In this document: piece after piece, positions 18,423-28,029 of the stretch
Position numbering within the stretch: the stretch's first letter is position 1
Layout of the letters: every line of letters starts with the position of its first letter
Origin: an uncultured bacterium
Lineage (GTDB): Bacteria > Patescibacteriota > Minisyncoccia > Moranbacterales > GWC2-37-73
Direction: 5' to 3'
DNA length: 64,000 bases
Assembly: GCA_903885965.1 (NCBI GenBank)
Contig: CAISKQ010000060.1
Span: 21,220-85,219, forward strand
Translations under genes and position numbers: made by a program
Notes under the pieces: generated by a model
Told to the model about the DNA's origin: nothing
Seen by the model: only the letters and a program-made list of their open reading frames with translations
The model's database searches: none

Positions 18423-19598
18423 TTATTGATTATATATCGCTTCAATTTTCTTAGCTGAAATTTCCCAACTAAAATCTTTAATTCGAACCTTGTTAATCTC
18501 TCCTTTTTCTCTCATTTTGTCTTGGCTAGCAGCCAGTGAAAGGATCGCCTGCGCCAAACCTTGTGCACAAGCTTGCTTGGAAAATTCTCCACCTTGCCCT
18601 AAATATGTTCTGTTGTTATGACGGTCAAAGCATGCAACAGGAAGTCCTGCTGCCATATATTGCAGGATTTTTCCACTTGCTTGACGAATCGATGAATCCT
18701 TGGGATCAACTCCGATGTCACTTGCCAGCAAAATCTTTGGCATTTCAAAATAGCTAAGCGGACTAACAACACGAACGTCACTGGCCAAATTATTTTCAGC
18801 GACAAATTGCGAAACTCCTTCAACTGGAAAACCTGCGATAACAAAAAAAATATCCTTATTTTTAGCAAGAACCAACGGAATTGCCTCCAGCAGATAGGTA
18901 ATGCCCTTATTCATAACCATAGCCCCAGCGTAGGTCACTATTATTTTACCACTCGGAAACTCAAATTCTCTTTTAAGATTTTCTTTGCTTGGAAGATTTT
19001 TATGGTGGTCTTGGTTCGCACCATCCAAAACAGTAACAACATTCTTGTCTTTTCTGAAATCAATAATTTCTTGCGTATTCTCATCCGAACTTGTGATAGC
19101 TGCGTCGCCAAGATTATCAATGATTTTTTCAATCAAACTAAATATCTTTTTGAGCATGCCGGCTTGCAAATAGCTATGCGAGACCATTTCTTTCGTCAGA
19201 CTGCCATGAAAATCCGATACTAATTTCATTTTTCGCCAAAAAAGACAACTTTTCACAATCCAACCAATCAACACTCCTTCATGAAGGTGAGCATGGATGA
19301 TGTCTGGTTTTTCAGTTCGAGCAATATTGAAAACTTTTCGAATAAGCATCAAATCCAAAAAAATCTTTTGCCAGTCAGGACCAGCCTCGAGTTTTTTGTA
19401 CCAAAAAAGAAGCCGCCTGATTCTTCTGACGGATATTTTTGTTTCAACGCTTGAATCAATTTCGCTCCCAATGTGATAGGTTGCAATTGTGACCTGATGG
19501 CCCAGTTTTTCTAGCGCTAAAGCCTCTTCGAGTATTCTGATATGCGTTCCCCTATCTGCAAAAAACGGAGTTGGGGCAATAACCAATATCTTCTTCAT
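18423..19598 (-). CDS. GT4 glycosyltransferase
   Basis: PDIIHAH, KGITYL, KILQYMAAGLPV, FSWE. Confidence 0.88.
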   Translation of the reverse strand: MKKILVIAPTPFFADRGTHIRILEEALALEKLGHQVTIATYHIGSEIDSSVETKISVRRIRRLLFWYKKLEAGPDWQKIFLDLMLIRKVFNIARTEKPDIIHAHLHEGVLIGWIVKSCLFWRKMKLVSDFHGSLTKEMVSHSYLQAGMLKKIFSLIEKIIDNLGDAAITSSDENTQEIIDFRKDKNVVTVLDGANQDHHKNLPSKENLKREFEFPSGKIIVTYAGAMVMNKGITYLLEAIPLVLAKNKDIFFVIAGFPVEGVSQFVAENNLASDVRVVSPLSYFEMPKILLASDIGVDPKDSSIRQASGKILQYMAAGLPVACFDRHNNRTYLGQGGEFSKQACAQGLAQAILSLAASQDKMREKGEINKVRIKDFSWEISAKKIEAIYNQ

Positions 19599-19638
19599 AT
19601 AACCCCTAGTGTACATTATATTTCAATAAATTCCTAGA

Positions 19639-22089
19639 CTATAGTCCAATCGTGATTCTTTCCCCATTTTGTGCGTGCCCAGCGATAATTTCTTTGGCAA
19701 CGAGATTTTCTACAGTGTCTTCAATGTAGCGATTGATGGATCTGGCTCCAAAAATAGGATTATAACCATTTTGAATGATTTTTTCAACAATGTTTTCATC
19801 AAAATCAATCTGGATGTTCTTTTCCTTATCCAGACGAGTAGCAAAATTCTCGAGTTTAAGCCGCACAACGTTGGCAAGTTCCTGTTGATTAAGTGGTCTA
19901 AAAAAGATTACGTCATCAAAACGATTCAAAAATTCCACTTTGAAAATATTGGCTTCCACCGTCCAGTCAATGACTGACTTTTTGATTTCTTCAGCGCCAG
20001 CCTTGCTTTCAACCATCTTCTTGATAAGCGCAGCGCCTGCGTTTGAAGTTGCGATAATCAAACAATTGCGAAAATTTATTTTTTCGCCAAAGGCGTCTGT
20101 CACAAAACCTTCATCCAAAATTTGCAGAAAAATATCCAAAATATCCGGATAAGCTTTTTCAATTTCATCCAGCAGCAATAAAGAGTAAGGATTATCTTTG
20201 ATTTGAGTCACGAGTCTGCCTTGCTGATTCAATTGACTTGAACCTAAAAGCCTATCGATGGAATTCGGCGATTGAAATTCGCTCATGTCCAAGCGAATCA
20301 CGTGTTTTTCATCGCCAAAGTATACTTTTGCCAATGCTTTGGCTGTTTCAGTTTTTCCAACACCTGTCGGACCAAGAAAAAGAAAACTTCCAACTGGTTT
20401 CTGTTGATCACCAATGCCACTACGAGACCTTCGTAGCGCCTCAGCCACCTGCGTAACAGCTTCTTTTTGTCCAATCACTTGTCTGTGCAAAACACTTTCC
20501 AACTTTAAAAGTTTCTTGCGTTCCACACTATCAATTTCTCCCTGCTTGATGCCAGTCTTAAGCGACAAATATTCGTCAATTGTTTTTTTGGTTACAAATT
20601 CCTGCTGCGTTTTTTTGTTCCAAAACATCAGCACATCCATCATTAAATCAAGTGCGCGCTCAGGCAAGGGCGAGCTCCAATTACTGCGAGATGAACTTGC
20701 TACAATTCCCCGGAGTGCTTCATACGTAAACAAGACTCTTTTTTTCTCATATTTTTCAAGCTGTTTGAGCATAATTTGAATTGTTTCGGATTCAGTCGGC
20801 TCACTCATTTCTATTACTTCAAAATATTTTGCTACTTGTTGCTTTTTTTCAATCATTTTGTGATATTCATTCGGCGCCCCAGTTGCAATCAAGCGAAAAG
20901 AAGGCTTGGCAAGAAAATCAACCAAAGCAACTGACACATCAGGATGCAGCATGTTTCCTTCTCCTCCAAAATAGTTTTCCAAATGTTCTATCACCAAAAT
21001 AACATTACCCGCACAAGCTGCTTCATAGAAAATTATTCGCAACTGATTTTCAATATCTTGATTGCGATTTATTGCATCTGAAATTACGCGGCTAAGATCC
21101 AAGAGCATTATTCTGACATTTTGAAACAAACTCTCCTGTTGCTGACCAGTTCTGATTTCTCGAGCTAAGGAATGAATCAGGGTTTTTCTGCCTATACCAG
21201 CACCACCAACCAGTAGGGCGCAATTTTGGTCTGGTCGAGTCAGAATCAGCTTCAAAATCTCTTCTTCGTTTTTCCTGCCAACAAGCTCCACATTAGCATA
21301 TTCGCTTGAATCAGATGCTGACAAATCCAGAGCATATCTGTCCAAATTCACCGTAAAGCCATATCGCCATTGCATGCCGATTGGAATTATTTTTTTCAAT
21401 TGTTGCCAAGTCCAAAACTTTGCACTGTCTTTTTCGTGTTGCATTTTTTCAAGTTCCCACGCTACTATTTGAGCATATTCTTCCTGCGAAATACTGCGAA
21501 GTCTTAAAAATTCAGCAAGCATTTCCTGATTATCCAAAATTTCAACTGGAAAATTTTTGAGTGATAACCCCAGGCGACCACAAATTTTCTCAAAAGCAAG
21601 GCTGCTGATAAGTTGGCCCTTGTCCATATTGGCAAGTGGTGCCTGCGTATCTTGAATATAGCAACTAATCGCGATAATTATCCATGTCAACAATCCACCT
21701 AACACCATTAGATTAACATTTCCTTGCAAAGCCAAAATAGGCCAACCAATGATTAACAATGGTGCGCAAATCCAAATCAAAATAACCGCAATTCCAGCAG
21801 CACAAACAATGATAGAAAAAACTAAACCAAATGCAATCACACATAAACGTACGAATGCACCTATCAAACGAGAAAAGACATTTCCGAGCAGCATTTCAGC
21901 TGAGCGCAAGGGTTGCCACCCCCGCCAATTGCGATTTTCAATATCACGATGCCAAGGAGAAAACAGCGTAAAAAAAAGTTCACTAATTGAAAAATAACGC
22001 CAACTGAAGAGTACAGCGTTTTTGTATATCTCCAGCGACTGGTGCATTCCTTCATTATAATACCAACGAAAAAAGATAGGACGTCGCAT
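19639..22089 (-). CDS. ClpA/ClpC-like AAA+ chaperone with N-terminal TM segments
   Basis: Second NBD intact (GPTGVGKT, RLDMSEF, LLLLDEIEKA, GAR); first NBD degenerate. Confidence 0.85.
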   Translation of the reverse strand: MRRPIFFRWYYNEGMHQSLEIYKNAVLFSWRYFSISELFFTLFSPWHRDIENRNWRGWQPLRSAEMLLGNVFSRLIGAFVRLCVIAFGLVFSIIVCAAGIAVILIWICAPLLIIGWPILALQGNVNLMVLGGLLTWIIIAISCYIQDTQAPLANMDKGQLISSLAFEKICGRLGLSLKNFPVEILDNQEMLAEFLRLRSISQEEYAQIVAWELEKMQHEKDSAKFWTWQQLKKIIPIGMQWRYGFTVNLDRYALDLSASDSSEYANVELVGRKNEEEILKLILTRPDQNCALLVGGAGIGRKTLIHSLAREIRTGQQQESLFQNVRIMLLDLSRVISDAINRNQDIENQLRIIFYEAACAGNVILVIEHLENYFGGEGNMLHPDVSVALVDFLAKPSFRLIATGAPNEYHKMIEKKQQVAKYFEVIEMSEPTESETIQIMLKQLEKYEKKRVLFTYEALRGIVASSSRSNWSSPLPERALDLMMDVLMFWNKKTQQEFVTKKTIDEYLSLKTGIKQGEIDSVERKKLLKLESVLHRQVIGQKEAVTQVAEALRRSRSGIGDQQKPVGSFLFLGPTGVGKTETAKALAKVYFGDEKHVIRLDMSEFQSPNSIDRLLGSSQLNQQGRLVTQIKDNPYSLLLLDEIEKAYPDILDIFLQILDEGFVTDAFGEKINFRNCLIIATSNAGAALIKKMVESKAGAEEIKKSVIDWTVEANIFKVEFLNRFDDVIFFRPLNQQELANVVRLKLENFATRLDKEKNIQIDFDENIVEKIIQNGYNPIFGARSINRYIEDTVENLVAKEIIAGHAQNGERITIGL

Positions 22090-22195
22090 ATTTTGTTTTT
22101 TATAATTTTTGTTTTAAAGTAAGTCTCAACCTGAAAGAGTTTATTTTGTAGGCTCGTACTCATTATACCTTTATTTTACCCCAAGAAAAAATGCT

Positions 22196-22223
22196 TTGCA
22201 AATCTTAAAAACCTAGGTATAAT
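22196..22223 (+). promoter_or_regulatory. Promoter TTGCAA-16-TATAAT, probably giving a leaderless mRNA
   Basis: -10 ends 7 nt before the ATG at 22231; no SD. Confidence 0.6.
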
Positions 22224-22230
22224 TGAAACA

Positions 22231-24030
22231 ATGAATACTCAACAAATATCCGCATCAGATTATAATTTACTAACCAAAAAATGCCTGCTTTGGCTTGGTT
22301 TTGGTTGGGTTGGTTTTCTGCTCACATTGACTGGTTTTTTTTATGCTTGGATTGTTTGGGCTGTTTTTCTTGCAGGGGCAATTGCATTAAGTGTTAACTT
22401 ATTCAAAAAACACGGACCATTTAAACTTTCAAGAGAATTGACATTGATTAGTCTCGGCATATTTATTTTTGTCATCACTCTTTCTTTTTTTACTTCGCCG
22501 ACACTTTTTTCCGGTCGGGATCAAGGATCAATAAGTGAAGCAGCTATCAGATTAGCGCAGAACCATAGCCTTGTATTTTCAAATCCTGCGGGGGATACGT
22601 TTTTCAAGTTGCGCGGTGCTGGAAGATCACTGAATTTCCCGGGCTTTTTCTATACAAGTAGTGGAGAGCTAATCACGCAATTTCCACTGGTCTACATCTC
22701 TTGGCTAGCTTCTTTTTATGGAATATTTGGAATAATGGGCCTTACTATTGCCAATGCCGTTTTGTCACTTTTATTTTTGTTTACTTTCTATAGTCTAGCT
22801 AGAGTATTTATGCCAATACGTGGCTCAATTATTTCTTTGCTTTTTGCGGCAACTTCCCTTTCAGTCTTTTGGTTCCCAAAATACACCCTAAGTGAAAACA
22901 TGGCCTTGCCACTTGTTTGGCTTTCCATCTTTGCCACGATTTCTTTTTTGAGAAATCAAAACAGACTAAATCTTCTCCTGCTCCTATCTTCTTCTGTTCT
23001 CCTCATCTTTACCCGTATTGAAGGCGTCGCTTTTTTCCTGATTTGCGCAGCTATCACTGTATTTAATAAGAATACTCGAACCTATCTCAAAAATACACTC
23101 GGATGGAAATTCTTTATTTTCCTTGGTTTTCTTTTTGCAATTTTAATTGCCAATGCCACTTGGGACATCAATTTTTATAAAGAGATAGTCAAGGCAGTTC
23201 TTCCGCCCATCACACCTCCACAAACAACATCGCTAGGAACAGTAGGCGACCCGGCTGTTTCAAATTTTTATATGCTTAAAGTTTTCTACCTCTATGGCAT
23301 GCTTAGTTTTTTTGTCCTATCCGCAGTTGCTTGTATTTTTTATGCGACCAAAAAAAATATCCCTAAACTCATTCCTTTCCTCATAGTGGCGCCAACCCTG
23401 ATTTATCTTTTAAACTCACACATCTCAGCTGACCATCCCTGGATGCTAAGAAGATTTGCATTTTCAGTTCTTCCTGGCACAATTTTTTATTGTGCGCTGA
23501 TTCTTGATGACTGGCAAGAATACTTAATTTCAACAAAAAGAAACTTGGCGTTGAGAGTATTACCATCAATCGTTGCGCTTTTTCTTATCGCTGGAAATAT
23601 GCCGGCATTTCTAAACTTTGTAACTTTTTCTGAAAATGAAAATCTACTACCACAAACTCAACAGCTAAGCAAACGCTTTTCTTCAAATGATTTGGTTTTA
23701 ATTGATCGATTAACAACCGATGATGGCTGGTCGATGATTTCTGGGCCAATGAACTTTCTTTATGGAAAAAATACTGCTTACTTTTTTAACATCGAAGATC
23801 TTACCAAGATTGAATTGAAGTCCTTTGATAATGTTTATCTCATTGCCCCAGACAGCAAAATTACTTATTATGAAAATAGCGCCATTGCAAAGCTACTAAC
23901 TCCAGATGGTCAATATACCCTTTCAACTTCCAGACTAGGCTTGGATCAGGAGTTTACTAATTCAAAAAATAGTTTTCCAGAAAAAAGATCAATCATCTCA
24001 CATGGGACAATTTTCAAAGTTTCAAAATAA
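22231..24030 (+). CDS. GT-C-like polytopic membrane protein
   Basis: Many TM helices; GRDQG, LSENMA, TRIEG, DHPWMLRRF. Confidence 0.7.
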   Translation: MNTQQISASDYNLLTKKCLLWLGFGWVGFLLTLTGFFYAWIVWAVFLAGAIALSVNLFKKHGPFKLSRELTLISLGIFIFVITLSFFTSPTLFSGRDQGSISEAAIRLAQNHSLVFSNPAGDTFFKLRGAGRSLNFPGFFYTSSGELITQFPLVYISWLASFYGIFGIMGLTIANAVLSLLFLFTFYSLARVFMPIRGSIISLLFAATSLSVFWFPKYTLSENMALPLVWLSIFATISFLRNQNRLNLLLLLSSSVLLIFTRIEGVAFFLICAAITVFNKNTRTYLKNTLGWKFFIFLGFLFAILIANATWDINFYKEIVKAVLPPITPPQTTSLGTVGDPAVSNFYMLKVFYLYGMLSFFVLSAVACIFYATKKNIPKLIPFLIVAPTLIYLLNSHISADHPWMLRRFAFSVLPGTIFYCALILDDWQEYLISTKRNLALRVLPSIVALFLIAGNMPAFLNFVTFSENENLLPQTQQLSKRFSSNDLVLIDRLTTDDGWSMISGPMNFLYGKNTAYFFNIEDLTKIELKSFDNVYLIAPDSKITYYENSAIAKLLTPDGQYTLSTSRLGLDQEFTNSKNSFPEKRSIISHGTIFKVSK

Positions 24031-24066
24031 TACCGAATTAACTTAATTACTGCTATATTCTTCTCG

Positions 24067-24153
24067 TGTCATACTGAACTTGTTTCAGTATCTACTCACT
24101 TTATTTCAGTCAGTTTGGTGCGTTAGAGATCCTGAAACAAGTTCAGGATGACA
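24067..24153. repeat. 87-bp REPIN-like element, copy 1
   Basis: TGTCATACTGAACTTGTTTCAGTATCT ... AGATCCTGAAACAAGTTCAGGATGACA. Confidence 0.9.
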
Positions 24154-24267
24154 TTTGATGATAGTATAGATTTAGTTAAATTAGTATAAGTTATCGCGCA
24201 CTCGGAAACAAAACAATAATACACTGAAATAGATTATTTACTTCACTAGCTAATTACTACTAAAAAT

Positions 24268-25599
24268 ATGATCAATCTAACACATAAAATGACGCTTCAA
24301 AAGAAATGGAAAAGAATTTACATAGTCTCAAGGATTTTTTTGTATTTATTTTTTCTATTGGCGGCCCTTTTCGTTGGCTACCAGATATTGTTTCCTGAGA
24401 TATCACTGGACTATTCCTTCGGTAACGCAAATTCGCTTAAAAATACATTGGTTTCAATGCGAACAACCACTCAAAATCCTGCTAAAAACGGATCAATCAA
24501 AGCCAGTGACATTCTCTCCTTTAATGCTAACCCTATTGGAAATTTCAAGGATGCCAAATTAAGCTTCGTGCTGTCCAATGATTCAAAAACACCAGAAAAA
24601 GCAACCGTTAAAGCTCGTAAATCCTACAGCGCCTTCTTCTACCCAGAGGGAGCACCACTTGGCTTTGCCAATGGCTCCCTCCTGAGCATCAATGGAACTT
24701 ATTACATAATTTCTGGAGGAAAAACACGTCAATTTGTTTCCGGAGCAGCCCTTGATCAACTCGGATATTCTAGGACATCTTTTTTAAGAGTCTCCCAAGA
24801 AGACCTTAAATTAAATCCTCCTGGTGACAATATTTTAAATGCAACAAGTTATCCCGACGATACACTCATTGTCGTTGGCAATCAATATTATCAATTTGAA
24901 AATCAGCAACTCATCCCTTTTATTAATGACAAAGCCTTTCTTTCTAGGTATGATTCAACTCAAGCGATTCCAAAAAACGAAGACTTTCTGAGTGGCAGAA
25001 GTGTTTCAGAAAATTTTATCGGTTTTGTTGATGGAACACTTGCCTCCTCTGATCAGTCAGTTTTCATCCTTAGTCAGGGTAACAGCTATCCAATTGCTGA
25101 CGCTGCAACGTTTGTAGCTATGGGGTTTGACTGGAATAATGTCCTCCCGCTAACTCCTGCGGAAATAAACGTCTACAAGAGGCAAAAACAATTCACAGTC
25201 GATCAGCCCCATCCAATCGGAACTATTTTTTATGACAAAAATAAAAATAAATATTTTATGATTAGCGATGGACTGAAACATCCAATCGAAAATGAAGCTG
25301 TCGCCAAGACATATACCAAGGTTTCTCCAGTATTAATTGACTCTCAAAGCATTACAAAAAATGTCTCTTGCAAATTAGAAACGGCTCCACTGACCTTTCA
25401 CACCATCGCTTGCCAGTTCAACTTAAATGACATTTATGGCTTTCCTGGCAATGATTACCAATTTGATGTAACTTTCGGAAACGATGTTAAAGTAGTATCA
25501 ACTAATGTGACATTTTATACTCAATTGACTCAATCAAATACCCTAACATCCCTTTCTATTATTAAAAATCGTCTCCAAAACAATTATGTCCAAAACTAA
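24268..25599 (+). CDS. Membrane-anchored exported protein with four internal repeats
   Basis: N-terminal TM; repeated YYIISGGKTRQF / YYQFENQQLIPF / VFILSQGNSYPI / YFMISDGLKHPI units. Confidence 0.75.
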   Translation: MINLTHKMTLQKKWKRIYIVSRIFLYLFFLLAALFVGYQILFPEISLDYSFGNANSLKNTLVSMRTTTQNPAKNGSIKASDILSFNANPIGNFKDAKLSFVLSNDSKTPEKATVKARKSYSAFFYPEGAPLGFANGSLLSINGTYYIISGGKTRQFVSGAALDQLGYSRTSFLRVSQEDLKLNPPGDNILNATSYPDDTLIVVGNQYYQFENQQLIPFINDKAFLSRYDSTQAIPKNEDFLSGRSVSENFIGFVDGTLASSDQSVFILSQGNSYPIADAATFVAMGFDWNNVLPLTPAEINVYKRQKQFTVDQPHPIGTIFYDKNKNKYFMISDGLKHPIENEAVAKTYTKVSPVLIDSQSITKNVSCKLETAPLTFHTIACQFNLNDIYGFPGNDYQFDVTFGNDVKVVSTNVTFYTQLTQSNTLTSLSIIKNRLQNNYVQN

Positions 25600-26032
25600 C
25601 CATCATCCAAACCTGTTTTACCGGCTGACAAAGTCCACAAAAAAAATTATCTCGAGTAGAAATTTTTTAACCTTGATATATAAACTCCTGCACGATTCGC
25701 TGTTTATACTGCTTTTCTCATTCACTATGATTTTAATCGCGGAAGGATTGCTTCCAGGAATCGCAACAGCTCATTTGAGCCTAGCAAAATTGGCAATCAT
25801 TGTAATTGCCACACTCATAGGAATTGTTCTAATCGGAAAGAAATTAGATTTAACTTACGCCAAAACTAGATTGAATAAAAGTAAGCTCCTGCCAATCTTA
25901 ATCACTGTCTCATTCCTACTGATTGGAAATTCCCTCTTGCGTTTTGCATTCTGGGAAAACATCATTATTACAGTTCTTACCCTTTTTGTTTTTATTCTTT
26001 TTTATCATCTACTATTCTTAGAAAGAAAGTAA
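25586..26032 (+). CDS. Membrane protein
   Basis: Four hydrophobic segments; overlaps the upstream stop. Confidence 0.65.
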   Translation: MSKTNHHPNLFYRLTKSTKKIISSRNFLTLIYKLLHDSLFILLFSFTMILIAEGLLPGIATAHLSLAKLAIIVIATLIGIVLIGKKLDLTYAKTRLNKSKLLPILITVSFLLIGNSLLRFAFWENIIITVLTLFVFILFYHLLFLERK

Positions 26033-26045
26033 CCATGGGGCAACC

Positions 26046-27164
26046 TTATATTTCTCTTATAAAATTCAGCGTTTCTTGCGCGCATTTTTTCCAGGAAAAT
26101 TTGCTGGCCTGATTCAATCCAGCTTGAATCATTTGTTGAGTCAATATCTTATCACCTAATACACTCTCGATGCATTGTGCTAGCTGATTACTGCTGCCGC
26201 CGTCAAAATAGCGTGCAGCGCAACTTCCTACTTCAGGAAGACTCGAATTTTTTGCCAAGATAGCAGGAACCCCGCAAGCCATCGCCTCTAGTGCAGGAAT
26301 ACCGAATCCTTCATATAAAGTTGGAAAAACAAAGATTGATGCGCTTCGATATAAAATTGGCAATTGAGCAAAAGGAACCCTGCCAGTAACAATGATATCG
26401 CCAGCAAAAGCGCTGGTCTTTATTCTTTGCAAGGTTTCTTGAAAATTCCAAGCAGGGGCGCCGGCAAACACTAATTTCATCTCAGGATAGCTTGCTTTTA
26501 TTTTTTCAAAAGCCTCAATCAGCACAATTAAATTTTTGCGCGGTTGAATAGCCCCAACATACAAAAGATAGTTTTTAGCTTTTAGCTTATAGCTTTTTAA
26601 GATTTTTTCCGATTGACTATCAGAAAAATTCTGGTTAAAAAGTTGGGAGTCAAAACCGTGATGGATAACTCTAATATTTTCCGCTTTAACAGTTGGATAA
26701 AACTTCAAGATGTCATTTTTGGTCGCTTGAGAAATAGCAATTATACCATCGGCGTTCAAAACCGCATAATCACTAAGACTATTAAGCTTGGCTAATTCTT
26801 TCTCTGGAAAATACTCCGGAAAAATCTTGAAAGCCAGATCATGGATAGTCACGACAACCTTAAGTGTCTTTCGTCGAAATTTGGGAATATTATGCACCGG
26901 CATCCAAAGCACCTGCGGTTTATCACAGAAAACTTGCCAAGCAAAACGAGTTTGTGTCCAAAATCGTGGAAAAGGGATTTTTTTGAAAAAATAATTTGAA
27001 AAATTTGGTGGAGTCAAATGCGGATTAAAAGCACCCCTATGATATATATCAAAAGAATCCTGCTGATCAAGGTTCCCAAAATTTTTCAGCATATTTAAGA
27101 TATATACCCTTGTACCATCAATACGCTCATGGTCAAGATCTGCGGCGTGAATTGCAATTTTCAT
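26046..27164 (-). CDS. GT4 glycosyltransferase
   Basis: VVTIHDL, GAIQPRKN, YEGFGIPALEAMACG, SSLPEV. Confidence 0.92.
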   Translation of the reverse strand: MKIAIHAADLDHERIDGTRVYILNMLKNFGNLDQQDSFDIYHRGAFNPHLTPPNFSNYFFKKIPFPRFWTQTRFAWQVFCDKPQVLWMPVHNIPKFRRKTLKVVVTIHDLAFKIFPEYFPEKELAKLNSLSDYAVLNADGIIAISQATKNDILKFYPTVKAENIRVIHHGFDSQLFNQNFSDSQSEKILKSYKLKAKNYLLYVGAIQPRKNLIVLIEAFEKIKASYPEMKLVFAGAPAWNFQETLQRIKTSAFAGDIIVTGRVPFAQLPILYRSASIFVFPTLYEGFGIPALEAMACGVPAILAKNSSLPEVGSCAARYFDGGSSNQLAQCIESVLGDKILTQQMIQAGLNQASKFSWKKCAQETLNFIREI

Positions 27165-27293
27165 AAACCTACGAAATTACAAAATTAAATACCTGCCCGC
27201 TTCGCTACGCGAAGCTTTGCAGGCGGGCAAAAATACAAAAATTTCGTGTTCCGTATTTACTAAAAAGCTAAGAAGCTAAAGCTTAAAAAGCTA

Positions 27294-28010
27294 TTATATC
27301 CCTAAGCTTTCCAATAAAGTCTTCACTTCATCTTCTCCAAGTGCTCGCAATTGACCGATTCGAAGCCTGCCAAGATTGACATTCATAATTCTAATTCTTT
27401 TCAAATCAACCACTTCCCAACCAAGTGCTGTGGTCATACGCCGAATCTGATGCTTTTTTCCCTCTGTCAAGGTAATATGAAAAGTAAGCTCATCTTTTTT
27501 CTCAACAATTGCAGGGCGAGTTTTAAAATCTTCAAGCTGTACCCCTTGGCGCATAACTTTCAAAAAAATATTTGTTATTGGCTTATTCACGCTAACTACG
27601 TATTCTTTTTCATGCTCCCTGTCCGGGTTAAGTAATTTATCCGTAATACGTCCATCATTGCTGAGGATAATAAGACCACGCGAATTTTTGTCCAATCTGC
27701 CAACCGGGAAAACATCATCGGCAACTTTAACCACGTTAGCAATACTTTTTTGCCCATCTTTCGGTGAGTGCGTCACAATTCCGCGTGCTTTATGATAAGC
27801 ATAATAAACATATTTTTTCAATACGCCTTTTTCTTTCACATTAAGCTCAACTTTATCTTTCTCGAAAACCTTATCACCAATTTTAGCTTTTTTTCCATTA
27901 ACAACCACCAAGCCTTTGGTGATATATTCATCTGCTTCTCGCCTACTGCAATAATTGTTAAGTGCGAGATAACGATTAATTCTAATCGGATAGACTATTT
28001 TTTCTTCCAT
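27294..28010 (-). CDS. RsuA/RluB/RluF-family pseudouridine synthase with S4 domain
   Basis: SRREADEYI, VGRLDKNSRGL, EKEYVV, EGKKHQIRRM. Confidence 0.92.
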   Translation of the reverse strand: MEEKIVYPIRINRYLALNNYCSRREADEYITKGLVVVNGKKAKIGDKVFEKDKVELNVKEKGVLKKYVYYAYHKARGIVTHSPKDGQKSIANVVKVADDVFPVGRLDKNSRGLIILSNDGRITDKLLNPDREHEKEYVVSVNKPITNIFLKVMRQGVQLEDFKTRPAIVEKKDELTFHITLTEGKKHQIRRMTTALGWEVVDLKRIRIMNVNLGRLRIGQLRALGEDEVKTLLESLGI

Positions 28011-28029
28011 AATTTCATTCATTAAAAAC

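Noticed and set aside
21864-22163. 99-aa ORF overlapping the Clp gene start
   Set aside because: Mostly out-of-frame overlap; the Clp start may be uncertain but I cannot support a separate gene or a frameshift.
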